Source: Eubacteriales bacterium (GTDB lineage: Bacteria; Bacillota; Clostridia; Oscillospirales; CAG-272). Taken from it: a stretch of 64,000 nucleotides of DNA. The first letter of the stretch is position 1, and each line of letters begins with the position of its first letter. The translations under genes and the position numbers were made by a program. The stretch is from the NCBI GenBank assembly GCA_045636385.1, contig JAZTXK010000055.1:13764-77763 (forward strand), written 5' to 3'. The notes beneath the pieces are model-generated. The model was not told the origin of the DNA. It did no database searches and saw nothing but the letters and a program-made list of their open reading frames with translations. Of this stretch, positions 1 to 8,073 are shown in pieces.

Positions 1-600
1 GGGTATCTGCTCGTCGCGCTCGATAGGCTGAACGCCGAGTGTGTCGCGCTTCGGGATCTTCTCAAAATCCGAGGCGTAAAAACGGCATCCGAGATATTCC
101 TCGAGGAAGGTGTAAACGCCGTAAAGCGCACCGCGCACACCGCTGCCCGCGATGAAGAGCTTTTTGCCTACGGTTTCGATAACGAATCCCTCGTCGCCGA
201 GCTTTGCGGTATCAAACTGTCCCTCCGCCGAGCGGTTGGTGTAGCCGACGAGGATTTCGAATTCACCCGCGGGTTCGGCATCTGTCTTGATCGGGATCTG
301 AACGCCCGAGATCTTCGCGATGTAGCTGCGAAGCTCGCTTGCGGCTTTCATATTCGCATCCGTCGAGTTTTCGGGGCGGATGATGGTGTATTCCGAAATA
401 TTATTCTGTACAAACACAAGCGTATCCTCCTTGATGATAAAAGGTTCTTCGGTTTCTTCGGGTTCGGCTGTGGTTTCGGGTTCGGCGGTGGTGATGCCGA
501 AGCCTTCGCCGGTCGTTTCTTCGGTTACGTCGGCAGGTGAGCAGGCAACCGCGCCGAAGAGCATTATAAAGGTCAAAAGACCGCAAATAAATCGTTTCAT
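1..600 (-). CDS. Secreted/lipoprotein, 5' part only (gene continues past window start); N-terminal module of DUF4838-like glycan-enzyme type
   Basis: Absent from the ORF track because it runs off the edge. My minus-strand translation from the ATG (complement of 598-600) gives MKRFICGLLTFIMLFGAVACSPADVTEETTGEG..., then ...EYTIIRPENS...ILVGYTNRS...GALYGVYTFLEEYLGCRFY. Start overlaps the stop of the upstream gene by 1 nt. Confidence 0.6.
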   Translation of the reverse strand, partial: MKRFICGLLTFIMLFGAVACSPADVTEETTGEGFGITTAEPETTAEPEETEEPFIIKEDTLVFVQNNISEYTIIRPENSTDANMKAASELRSYIAKISGVQIPIKTDAEPAGEFEILVGYTNRSAEGQFDTAKLGDEGFVIETVGKKLFIAGSGVRGALYGVYTFLEEYLGCRFYASDFEKIPKRDTLGVQPIERDEQIP

Positions 601-1088
601 CAGGGTAATCTCCTTAAAAATTCATCTGCTTCGGATCTTGATTTGAAAATAATGATATTCTTTTCCTTATATTTTTCAAGCAGCAGGGTGACCTTTGGGC
701 GGCTTTCTTCGTTATATTTTTTGATGAATTCAATAAATTCAAGGTCAGGTTCGGTTTCGACCCACGGCATATCCGCGCGCGGTTTTCCTCGTCGCTCTTC
801 GATTCCCGAAAGACAGACGTCTGCGGGAAAGTCGAGGAAGATGACGGTGTCGCAGGCTTCCATTCGAAGCTCGAGCGTTGAGCCGTAATTGCCGTCGATT
901 ATCCATTCGGGAAGCGCGACCGTTTCGCGGAGTGCGGCGCGGAATTCCTCCTTCGGCTTCGTCGTGCGGTCGGGGTTCCAGTACATCATATCAAGGTAGT
1001 GAAGCGGCAGACGAGTCTTTTCCGCCAACGCGCGGGCAAAGGTGCTCTTGCCGCTGCCGGGGCAGCCGATTATCATAATGCGTTTCAA
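600..1088 (-). CDS. P-loop NTPase, adenylate-kinase-like (FlaR/topology-modulation-type AAA kinase)
   Basis: Walker A motif IIGCPGSGKST at the N-terminus; about 160 aa, typical of small nucleotide kinases. Confidence 0.75.
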   Translation of the reverse strand: MKRIMIIGCPGSGKSTFARALAEKTRLPLHYLDMMYWNPDRTTKPKEEFRAALRETVALPEWIIDGNYGSTLELRMEACDTVIFLDFPADVCLSGIEERRGKPRADMPWVETEPDLEFIEFIKKYNEESRPKVTLLLEKYKEKNIIIFKSRSEADEFLRRLP

Positions 1089-1212
1089 GCCATCACCTCC
1101 GAGGGCTTTTTCTTTATTATATCAAACGGACTAAAGTTTGTCAAGGAAACACTTGATTTTTTTGGCTTTTTGTGATATTATTATCGTATATGTACTTATA
1201 GGGAGAAAAGTA

Positions 1213-1989
1213 ATGAATATTCTTCGTGAAAAAATCAAAAAGGGCGAGAAGACCTGCGGTACGCTCGTCAGCCTTACAGATCCCGCGCTTTGCGAGATCA
1301 TGGGCATCGTTGGATATGACTATATATGGATTGATATGGAGCACACTTATATGTCGTATAAGGAGGTGCTCTGCCACCTGAACGCGGCGCGCTCGGTCGG
1401 CGCGGCTTCTGTTGTAAGACTGCCGCAGAACGACCTTACCGTCACCAAAAAGATTCTCGAAATGGGTCCCGAGGGCATTATTTTCCCGATGATGCGCACG
1501 CCCGAGGAGGTTCGCGAGATGATTGGCGCGACTCTTTATCCGCCCCACGGCACGCGCGGCTTCGGCCCTATGAGAGCCATCCGCTACGGCGAGACCGATT
1601 GCAAATACTACACCGACGAGGAAAGCCTTGAGCTTTGCCGCTTTATGCAGATCGAGCACGTGGAATGCGTTGAAAATCTTGAAGAGATCGTCAAGATTCC
1701 CTATATCGACGGCTTTATCTTCGGCCCGAACGATCTTTCGGGTTCACTCGGTGAGCTTGGCAACGTTTTCGGCGAGAAGACGATGGAACAGATCCGCCGC
1801 GCGCTGAAGATCGTCAAGGAAAACGGCAAATACGTCGGACTTGCAACCGGCGACCTTCGCCCCGAAACGCTCCGCTTCTGGTCCGAGCTCGGAATTGATA
1901 TGATGACCGTCGGCGCGGATTGGAATTTCGTTTTCGATGCGGCGAAGAATACAAGAAAACTCCTTCAGCAGTATCACATGGAGGCGTAA
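1213..1989 (+). CDS. HpcH/HpaI family class II (2-keto-3-deoxy acid) aldolase
   Basis: MNILREKIKKGEKTCGT...WIDMEH...RLP...PMMRTPEE...PPHGTRGFGP...IEH. Start moved to the ATG at 1213, behind GGGAGA. Confidence 0.8.
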   Translation: MNILREKIKKGEKTCGTLVSLTDPALCEIMGIVGYDYIWIDMEHTYMSYKEVLCHLNAARSVGAASVVRLPQNDLTVTKKILEMGPEGIIFPMMRTPEEVREMIGATLYPPHGTRGFGPMRAIRYGETDCKYYTDEESLELCRFMQIEHVECVENLEEIVKIPYIDGFIFGPNDLSGSLGELGNVFGEKTMEQIRRALKIVKENGKYVGLATGDLRPETLRFWSELGIDMMTVGADWNFVFDAAKNTRKLLQQYHMEA

Positions 1990-1990
1990 A

Positions 1991-2938
1991 ATGAAGATTT
2001 TACGTCAAGAATTTATTTTCGGCGAGCCGCTTCCGACTCCCGAATGCCACGCTTCAACCATACTTGTTCGCGAGGACGGCAAAAAGCTTGCGGCTTGGTT
2101 CGCGGGAACGAAGGAGGCAAATCCCGACGTTCTCATCTTTGTCAGCCGCTTTGACGGTGAGAGCTGGAGCGAGCCGTTCGCAGTTACTCCCGAGGTTGGA
2201 ATTCAGCACTGGAATCCCGTTCTTTTCGAAATGAACGGCGAGGTCGTGCTCTTTTACAAAATGGGTTATCCTATCGCAGAGTGGCACACGAGATACATAA
2301 CCTCAAAGGATTTCGGCGAAAGCTGGTCGGAGCCTTGCGAGCTTGTCGCGGGTGACGTAAGCGGCGGCAGAGGTCCCGACAAGAACAAGCCGATCCGCAT
2401 ATCGAACGGCAACATACTTGCTCCCGGTTCGACAGAGAAGGGCCCGTGGCGTTGCTTTGTCGATATTTTCGACGGCAAGGAATGGCGCAAGCGCGACTTA
2501 CCCGTTGAGCTTGAAAATGCCGAAAAGGTCAACGTCATTCAGCCCACGCTGTGGGAGAGCGAGGCGGGCAATATCCACGCGCTAGTGCGCTCGAATATCG
2601 GCAGGATCTACCGTTCGGATTCAAAGGATTACGGCGAAACGTGGTCGCCGATCTATCCCACGGATATGCCGAACAATAACAGCGGTATAGATTGCGTGAA
2701 GCTCTCGGACGGAAGAATCGTTCTGATTTGCAACCCGATCGAAAAGAATTGGGGCCCCAGAACCCCGCTTTCTGTATTCGTATCGGAGGACAACGGAAAG
2801 AGCTTCAAAAAAGAGCTTGATCTTGAAACCGAGGAGGGCGGCTTTGCATATCCCTCCGTCATTGAGCTTGGCGGCATATTGCATATAGTTTATACTTATA
2901 ACCGCAAAAAAATCGTCTGCGCCGAGATCGAATTATAA
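1991..2938 (+). CDS. BNR-repeat-like / sialidase (exo-alpha-sialidase) superfamily protein, no signal peptide
   Basis: ECHASTILV...AWFAGTKE, plus repeated S-x-D-x-G-x-(T/S)-W-like motifs (DGESWSEP, SKDFGESWSEP, SKDYGETWSP, SEDNGKSF). ATG at 1991 lies 1 nt after the upstream stop. Confidence 0.7.
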   Translation: MKILRQEFIFGEPLPTPECHASTILVREDGKKLAAWFAGTKEANPDVLIFVSRFDGESWSEPFAVTPEVGIQHWNPVLFEMNGEVVLFYKMGYPIAEWHTRYITSKDFGESWSEPCELVAGDVSGGRGPDKNKPIRISNGNILAPGSTEKGPWRCFVDIFDGKEWRKRDLPVELENAEKVNVIQPTLWESEAGNIHALVRSNIGRIYRSDSKDYGETWSPIYPTDMPNNNSGIDCVKLSDGRIVLICNPIEKNWGPRTPLSVFVSEDNGKSFKKELDLETEEGGFAYPSVIELGGILHIVYTYNRKKIVCAEIEL

Positions 2939-2958
2939 TCAGAAAAGAGGACAGCATT

Positions 2959-3630
2959 TTGTTTAAAACCGAAGCACATCTTCATACGTATCCCGTATCC
3001 TCCTGCGCGAAGCTTACACCCGTCGAGCAGGTAAGACTTTTCAAGGAAGCGGGCTACGATACCATCATAGTTTCCGATCATTTCTCTCCCCATCATTTCA
3101 AGAAGCTCGGTGAGCATCTTACCTTTGCCGAAAAGGTAGACAAGCTCTGCGACGCTTATCTTGAGGCAAAGGCAGAGGGAGACCGTATCGGTCTGACCGT
3201 TCTTTTCTCGGTCGAACTCTCCTTCCATAAGAATCACTATCTGCTCTACGGCGTAACGCGCGAGTTCCTTAAGCTGCGCGAGGATATTTTCGATATTGAT
3301 ATCGACGAGCTTTACGCGCACCTCAAGGCGCACGGCGTAACCATCATTCAGGCTCACTCCCACCGCGCCGAGAAGTGCGTACCGCACCCGCACCACGTTG
3401 ACGGCTTTGAGATCAACTGCTGCCTCCGTAAGGAAAATTACAACGAAAGAACTATGCAGGTCGCAAAGGAATACGGACTGCCGCTCACAATCGGCTCGGA
3501 TTGCCACAGACCCGAGGACGTTGGCGTTTCGGCAACTTTGAGTGAAGAGAAGATCGAGAGCATCGAGCAGTATCTTGAGCTGATGCGCGCAAGAAAGCTC
3601 ATACTTTCCATCGGCGGTGGCGCATTATGA
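2959..3630 (+). CDS. PHP-domain metal-dependent phosphoesterase
   Basis: N-terminal EAHLHTYPVSSC..., later SDH, HSH and GSDCH metal-ligand-like motifs. Confidence 0.65.
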   Translation: MFKTEAHLHTYPVSSCAKLTPVEQVRLFKEAGYDTIIVSDHFSPHHFKKLGEHLTFAEKVDKLCDAYLEAKAEGDRIGLTVLFSVELSFHKNHYLLYGVTREFLKLREDIFDIDIDELYAHLKAHGVTIIQAHSHRAEKCVPHPHHVDGFEINCCLRKENYNERTMQVAKEYGLPLTIGSDCHRPEDVGVSATLSEEKIESIEQYLELMRARKLILSIGGGAL

Positions 3631-4274
3631 TCTACTTTATAAGCGATATTCACGGCGACAGAAATATTGACGCGTTCAACGATTACGTCAAAAACGCAAA
3701 AGAGGACGATCTTCTGATCATCCTCGGCGATATTGAGCTTCATTTCCGCGATACCGATGAAAATCGCGAGTTTTCGAAGTATTTTGAGGAGTTGCCCTGC
3801 AAGATCGCGCTCGTTGACGGAAATCACGAGAATTTCGATTATCTCTATTCCTTCCCCGAGGAGGAGTGGTGCGGCGGCAGAATTCACCGCATTTCGGATA
3901 AATTCATCCACCTTATGCGCGGCTACATCTTTGAGATCGAGGGGCACACGTTCCTTACGATGGGAGGATGCAAGTCCTCGCAAAAGTGGTTCGATTGGGG
4001 ACTCCGTTGGGAGCAGGAAAAGCCGACCGAAGATGAGATCATCCGCGCTTACCGCAATCTAAAGGAGCACAAAAATAAGGTCGATTACGTTCTGACACAC
4101 AAATACCGCATTGAAAATCCGAAAGCCAACCCGCTGACGCAAAACGGATTTATGAATTTCGTTGACAATTGCGTTGAATTTAAGCATTGGTATTCGGGTC
4201 ATTGGCACAGAACGCAGTATCTTGATGACAAACACACCGTAGTATACAGAACTCTGACGAAATTGGAGGAATAA
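3627..4274 (+). CDS. Calcineurin-like metallophosphoesterase
   Basis: ISDIHGD, ILGDIE, GNHEN and GHWH motifs; 4-nt overlap with the PHP gene. Confidence 0.8.
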   Translation: MIYFISDIHGDRNIDAFNDYVKNAKEDDLLIILGDIELHFRDTDENREFSKYFEELPCKIALVDGNHENFDYLYSFPEEEWCGGRIHRISDKFIHLMRGYIFEIEGHTFLTMGGCKSSQKWFDWGLRWEQEKPTEDEIIRAYRNLKEHKNKVDYVLTHKYRIENPKANPLTQNGFMNFVDNCVEFKHWYSGHWHRTQYLDDKHTVVYRTLTKLEE

Positions 4275-4277
4275 ACA

Positions 4278-5333
4278 ATGCTCTGCAGTTTGACTCAAAA
4301 GAAGAATTATCGCAGCTTTTCGGTGTCTCCCGAAAATCTTACGGGAGAGAAGGGCAAAGGCGGAATGGCAACCGAGGGAAGTGCTTCCCATGCCGCGCGC
4401 GAGCTCGGTCAGGGCTGGAAGGTCAATCCCTATCTGGTCGTTCAGCCGGGTGAAAAGATAGTCCTAGCGGATATCAAGGGCATGGGCGCGATAAAGCATT
4501 TTTGGATCACGGACAATGCCAAGGCAGGAAGACTTCTGATTCTCCGCATCTACTTTGACGGACAGAAGAATCCCGCAGTCGAGTCTCCTCTTTCGGATTT
4601 CTTTGCAAATGCCGATTACCGCGAATACAGACAGATCTCGAGCCTGCCCATCTGCGTCAACCCCAAGCGCGGACTCAACTGCTATTTTGAAATGCCTTAC
4701 CGCAAGTCCTTCCGCTTCGAGATTGAAAATCTCGGCGTTAATCCATGCAACGTCTACTATCAGATCGATTGCGAGGAAAAGGAGATCCCCGAGGACAGCC
4801 TTTATTTCCACGCGCAGTTCCGCCGCGTAAATCCCTTGCCGTATAAGGAAAATTACGTTATCCTCGATGGTATCAAGGGTAACGGCCACTACGTCGGCAC
4901 CTATATGCATTGGGGTGTTAAATCTAACGGCTGGTGGGGAGAGGGCGAGATCAAGTTCTTTATCGACGGCGACGGCGAATTCCCCACTATCTGTGGAACG
5001 GGAACCGAGGATTATTTCTGCGGTGCCTATAATTTTGACGTTAACGGTAAATACGTTGAGTTTTCAACACCCTATGCCGGACTTTCAAAAGTGAGAGCGA
5101 CAGACGAAACTTATCTCGCAACTCGCTATTTCAATATGTACCGCTTCCACATCACAGATCCGATATATTTCAAGGAAGATTTGAAGGTCACCATTCAGGC
5201 ACTCGGCTGGCGTAGTGAAAAGAGATATCTACCCCTGCAGGACGATATCTCCTCCGTGGCGTATTGGTACTCGGATAATCTCGAGGACGAATACCCTACC
5301 TTGCCCGACGCAAACGGTCTTGAGATAATTTAA
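4278..5333 (+). CDS. DUF2961 / glycoside hydrolase family 172-like protein
   Basis: KHFWITD...LRIYFDG...SPLSDFF...GTGTEDYF motifs, as I recall for DUF2961. Confidence 0.7.
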   Translation: MLCSLTQKKNYRSFSVSPENLTGEKGKGGMATEGSASHAARELGQGWKVNPYLVVQPGEKIVLADIKGMGAIKHFWITDNAKAGRLLILRIYFDGQKNPAVESPLSDFFANADYREYRQISSLPICVNPKRGLNCYFEMPYRKSFRFEIENLGVNPCNVYYQIDCEEKEIPEDSLYFHAQFRRVNPLPYKENYVILDGIKGNGHYVGTYMHWGVKSNGWWGEGEIKFFIDGDGEFPTICGTGTEDYFCGAYNFDVNGKYVEFSTPYAGLSKVRATDETYLATRYFNMYRFHITDPIYFKEDLKVTIQALGWRSEKRYLPLQDDISSVAYWYSDNLEDEYPTLPDANGLEII

Positions 5334-5341
5334 TATTCAAA

Positions 5342-5368
5342 AAGCCGAGGTTTGGTGCCTTGGCTTTT
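5342..5368 (+). terminator. Intrinsic terminator after the 1213-5333 operon
   Basis: AAGCCGAGG / CCTTGGCTT stem followed by TTTT. Confidence 0.7.
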
Positions 5369-5412
5369 GATATTGTGCAAAAAATTCGCGCGTCACTCTA
5401 TACCCACCCAAA

Positions 5413-5432
5413 CCCTCCCGCAAGCGGGAGGG
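5413..5432 (-). terminator. Hairpin downstream of the 5456-6250 gene
   Basis: CCCTCCCGC-AA-GCGGGAGGG perfect stem; TTTGGG follows on the minus strand. Confidence 0.5.
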
Positions 5433-5455
5433 CTTTAAGGTGTGCGGTTCAATTT

Positions 5456-6250
5456 TTAAAAATCTGAGTAAGGAATGCCGAATACCTTTCTAAAATGTTC
5501 CTCGTTTACACCGTCGGACACGTGCCAACGATTTACGGGATATTCGTAATCGTTTGTGTTTTCGATCGGAGAACGTTGCCATACATCCGCAAAACGTTCG
5601 CAATAACAAGGCGCGTCCTCGCCTGAAAGAATACCACAGATGCCAAGAATGTTCAGTAAAACCTCAACTTCGCTTTTGTTTGATTTCAGCAGATTTTTCT
5701 TTGTGATAAGCTCGCGGTATCTGCCTATCTTTTGGCTCGGCGGCAATTCTTGTATCGCACTTAAAATAGATTTAAATATTGCTTTATCTGTATTTGTCGG
5801 TGTGACTTTCGGAAGAAGCATAAACTGTTCCAGATCGAACAAAGCGTATTCGGGGCTGGTATGGCGCACGCCGCCCCATTTGTAGCGTTCAAAATTTAAT
5901 AAGTTATAATTATCCGTCGGCATCCAATTGCAAAAGTAGCACGCCGCCGATTCGTTATGCGAGTGTTCTGGGATGGCAAGCGCGTAATAGTAACTTCCGA
6001 GCGCGGAGCGGTACTGTAATTCGCGGGTAGACAGACTGTAAAGAAATGCATTAGCAACGTCCTCGGCGGTGATTTTTGATAAAACCTCCCGAAGAGCTTG
6101 CAAGGTTTCATCATGTGCGCGCACGGGGGCGGGGTCAAACAAATATCCCGCTGACTTTGCCAGAGCAAAGTCCTCGGCAGTAGGATCTTCTTTCGTCCAT
6201 CCTCCGCTGTTCCAATACATCCGGTATAAGATTTTTAAGCCTTTATCCAT
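5456..6250 (-). CDS. Hypothetical cytoplasmic protein (265 aa), Cys/His-containing
   Basis: Start set at MDKGLKILYRMYW (ATG complement 6248-6250) behind GGAGGG. The longer track ORF would overlap spoIVB. Confidence 0.6.
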   Translation of the reverse strand: MDKGLKILYRMYWNSGGWTKEDPTAEDFALAKSAGYLFDPAPVRAHDETLQALREVLSKITAEDVANAFLYSLSTRELQYRSALGSYYYALAIPEHSHNESAACYFCNWMPTDNYNLLNFERYKWGGVRHTSPEYALFDLEQFMLLPKVTPTNTDKAIFKSILSAIQELPPSQKIGRYRELITKKNLLKSNKSEVEVLLNILGICGILSGEDAPCYCERFADVWQRSPIENTNDYEYPVNRWHVSDGVNEEHFRKVFGIPYSDF

Positions 6251-6336
6251 TCGCGCACCCTCCGTTTTTTCTTTTATTATATCACAAAAATACAGAAAAG
6301 ACAAGAGTACGGCGGGAGCTAACTCCCGCCGTACGG

Positions 6337-7383
6337 TCATTTTTCCGCCGCCGCGATCATATTCTCGATAAATATGCCATATCCGCGCGTGGGATCGCCG
6401 ACGAGGACGTGCGTTACCGCGCCGACGAGCTTGCCGTTCTGGATTATCGGGCTGCCCGACATTCCCTGAACGATGCCGCCCGTTTGCGCAATCAGCGCGG
6501 GATCGGTCACCTTGACCGTAAAGCACCGTCCGCCCTCGGCTGTCGGGTCGATCGAGGAAAGCTCGACCTTATATTCGTGCGTTACTCCGTCCTCGAGAGT
6601 GCAGAGAATAGATGCCTCGCCGCCGCGCACCTCGTCCTTGTGCGCTATGGGCATCGCGCTGTAAAGCGACTTTGGAATGCTTGAATAGATACCGAAGATG
6701 CCGCGGTCGGTGTTGCTCGTTACGGCACCGAGCTTTTCGGGCTTGAAGCTGCCGCGTATCTCGCCGGGGTCGCCCGCCGCGCCCTTTATGATACCGCCGA
6801 TGTTCACCCCAAGAAGAACACCGCGCCCGAGAGGCATCGGCTTGCCCGTGTCGGCATCGCAAATTCCGTGTCCGAGTCCGCCGAAAAGCCCCGTATCAGG
6901 GTCAATGAAGGTTACGGTGCCGATACCCGCGCCGCTGTCGCGCACCCAGATACCCGTCTTGTAACCGCTCTCTTCAAGCCTCGGCGTGACGGTTACGCAG
7001 AATTCGCGCCCGTCGCGGCAGCAGGTGAGCTCAACACTTTTACCTTTTCCCGCATTTACCGCGCGGCTGAGCCCTTCCGCGTCGCTGATCTTCACTCCGT
7101 CAACCTTTAATATTACGTCGTTTACGCGTACTCCCGCGGCGTATGCGGGACTTTGCGTATTGTCGGGAATGCCGACGACGAGCACTCCCTCTGTGAAAAA
7201 TCTGACTCCGAAGACCATTCCTCCGGGGATCAGATATTTTTCCGTTTCGTCGGCACTCACACTTACGCTTGCCGTCATATCGGCACTCACGCCGGCGTGC
7301 GCCGACGAAGCGCAGAAGAGGAGCGCCGTAAGCAAGATGCAGACAAATGCCGTCAGTCTGCCGTTTGTTCGTTTGATTTGCAT
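6337..7383 (-). CDS. spoIVB: Stage IV sporulation protein B, S55 serine peptidase with PDZ domain
   Basis: Signal anchor, a PDZ-like region (VNDVILKVDGVKI) and the S55 core (GGLGHGICD...GMSGSPII). An alternative GTG start exists at 7419. Confidence 0.85.
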   Translation of the reverse strand: MQIKRTNGRLTAFVCILLTALLFCASSAHAGVSADMTASVSVSADETEKYLIPGGMVFGVRFFTEGVLVVGIPDNTQSPAYAAGVRVNDVILKVDGVKISDAEGLSRAVNAGKGKSVELTCCRDGREFCVTVTPRLEESGYKTGIWVRDSGAGIGTVTFIDPDTGLFGGLGHGICDADTGKPMPLGRGVLLGVNIGGIIKGAAGDPGEIRGSFKPEKLGAVTSNTDRGIFGIYSSIPKSLYSAMPIAHKDEVRGGEASILCTLEDGVTHEYKVELSSIDPTAEGGRCFTVKVTDPALIAQTGGIVQGMSGSPIIQNGKLVGAVTHVLVGDPTRGYGIFIENMIAAAEK

Positions 7384-7521
7384 AAGATCCACCGGTTTCT
7401 TTTGTTGCGGCAAAGTCACGCTCGCCGCAACTTTTCCGCAATACTAATTTGCCCCCTAACTTAAAATTAATGTGTAGAAAAATTCGACCTTCGTGCCAAT
7501 TTTTATCCGTAAAAATAATTT

Positions 7522-7588
7522 GTTAATAAACTAATTAATCTCTTGACTTTTGCGGAAAATCTGCTATAATATTGATTAGTTTATTAAC
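7522..7588. promoter_or_regulatory. marR-operon promoter bracketed by a perfect 14-bp inverted repeat (candidate MarR operator)
   Basis: GTTAATAAACTAAT (7522-7535) and its exact reverse complement ATTAGTTTATTAAC (7575-7588). They flank TTGACT (7543-7548) and TATAAT (7565-7570), which are separated by a 16-nt spacer. Confidence 0.7.
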
Positions 7589-7611
7589 TAACTAAAATTG
7601 GAGGAAACACG

Positions 7612-8073
7612 ATGAAAAAGTCACCATTAACAGATGATATGCTGACGCCTGCGATGCTGATAGGGCATATTTCGCGTGCACAGAGATCCACTCTGCGTTC
7701 GCGCGAAAACGATCCGATAATGACGCAGAACAGTTGCCGCGCGATACTTTTCTGCCTTTCCCGCGAAGAGGGAGTCACACAGCTTGAGCTTTCACACCGC
7801 GCGGGACTCAAGCCGCCCACCGTCAGCGTGGCGCTCAGGCACCTCGAGGATGAGGGCTACGTCATCCGCGTGACCGACGATGACGACAAGCGCGCCGCCC
7901 GCGTTTATCTTTCCGACAAGGGCCACGCCCTCGAGAAGGAAAATCACGAGCGTTTCGACGCCGTCGACAACGAAATGATGGCGGGATTCACGCCCGAGGA
8001 GACCGAGCTTCTGCGCTCGATGCTCCTGCGCATCCGCGACAATCTTGAAAAACCGAAAGGAAGAGAAGAATGA
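7612..8073 (+). CDS. MarR family transcriptional regulator
   Basis: Winged-helix region GVTQLELSHRAGLKPPTVSVALRHLEDEGYVIR...DKR; ATGA overlap with the downstream ABC gene. Confidence 0.85.
   Translation: MKKSPLTDDMLTPAMLIGHISRAQRSTLRSRENDPIMTQNSCRAILFCLSREEGVTQLELSHRAGLKPPTVSVALRHLEDEGYVIRVTDDDDKRAARVYLSDKGHALEKENHERFDAVDNEMMAGFTPEETELLRSMLLRIRDNLEKPKGREE

Noticed and set aside
380-646. Plus-strand 88-aa ORF and other short ORFs across 380-1088.
   Set aside because: They are antisense to the lipoprotein and P-loop kinase genes, have low-complexity composition and lack an RBS.
6251-6526. 5' extension of the track ORF 5456-6526, which overlaps spoIVB.
   Set aside because: The Arg/Gly-rich extension has no RBS. 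A GGAGGG RBS precedes the internal ATG at 6250.
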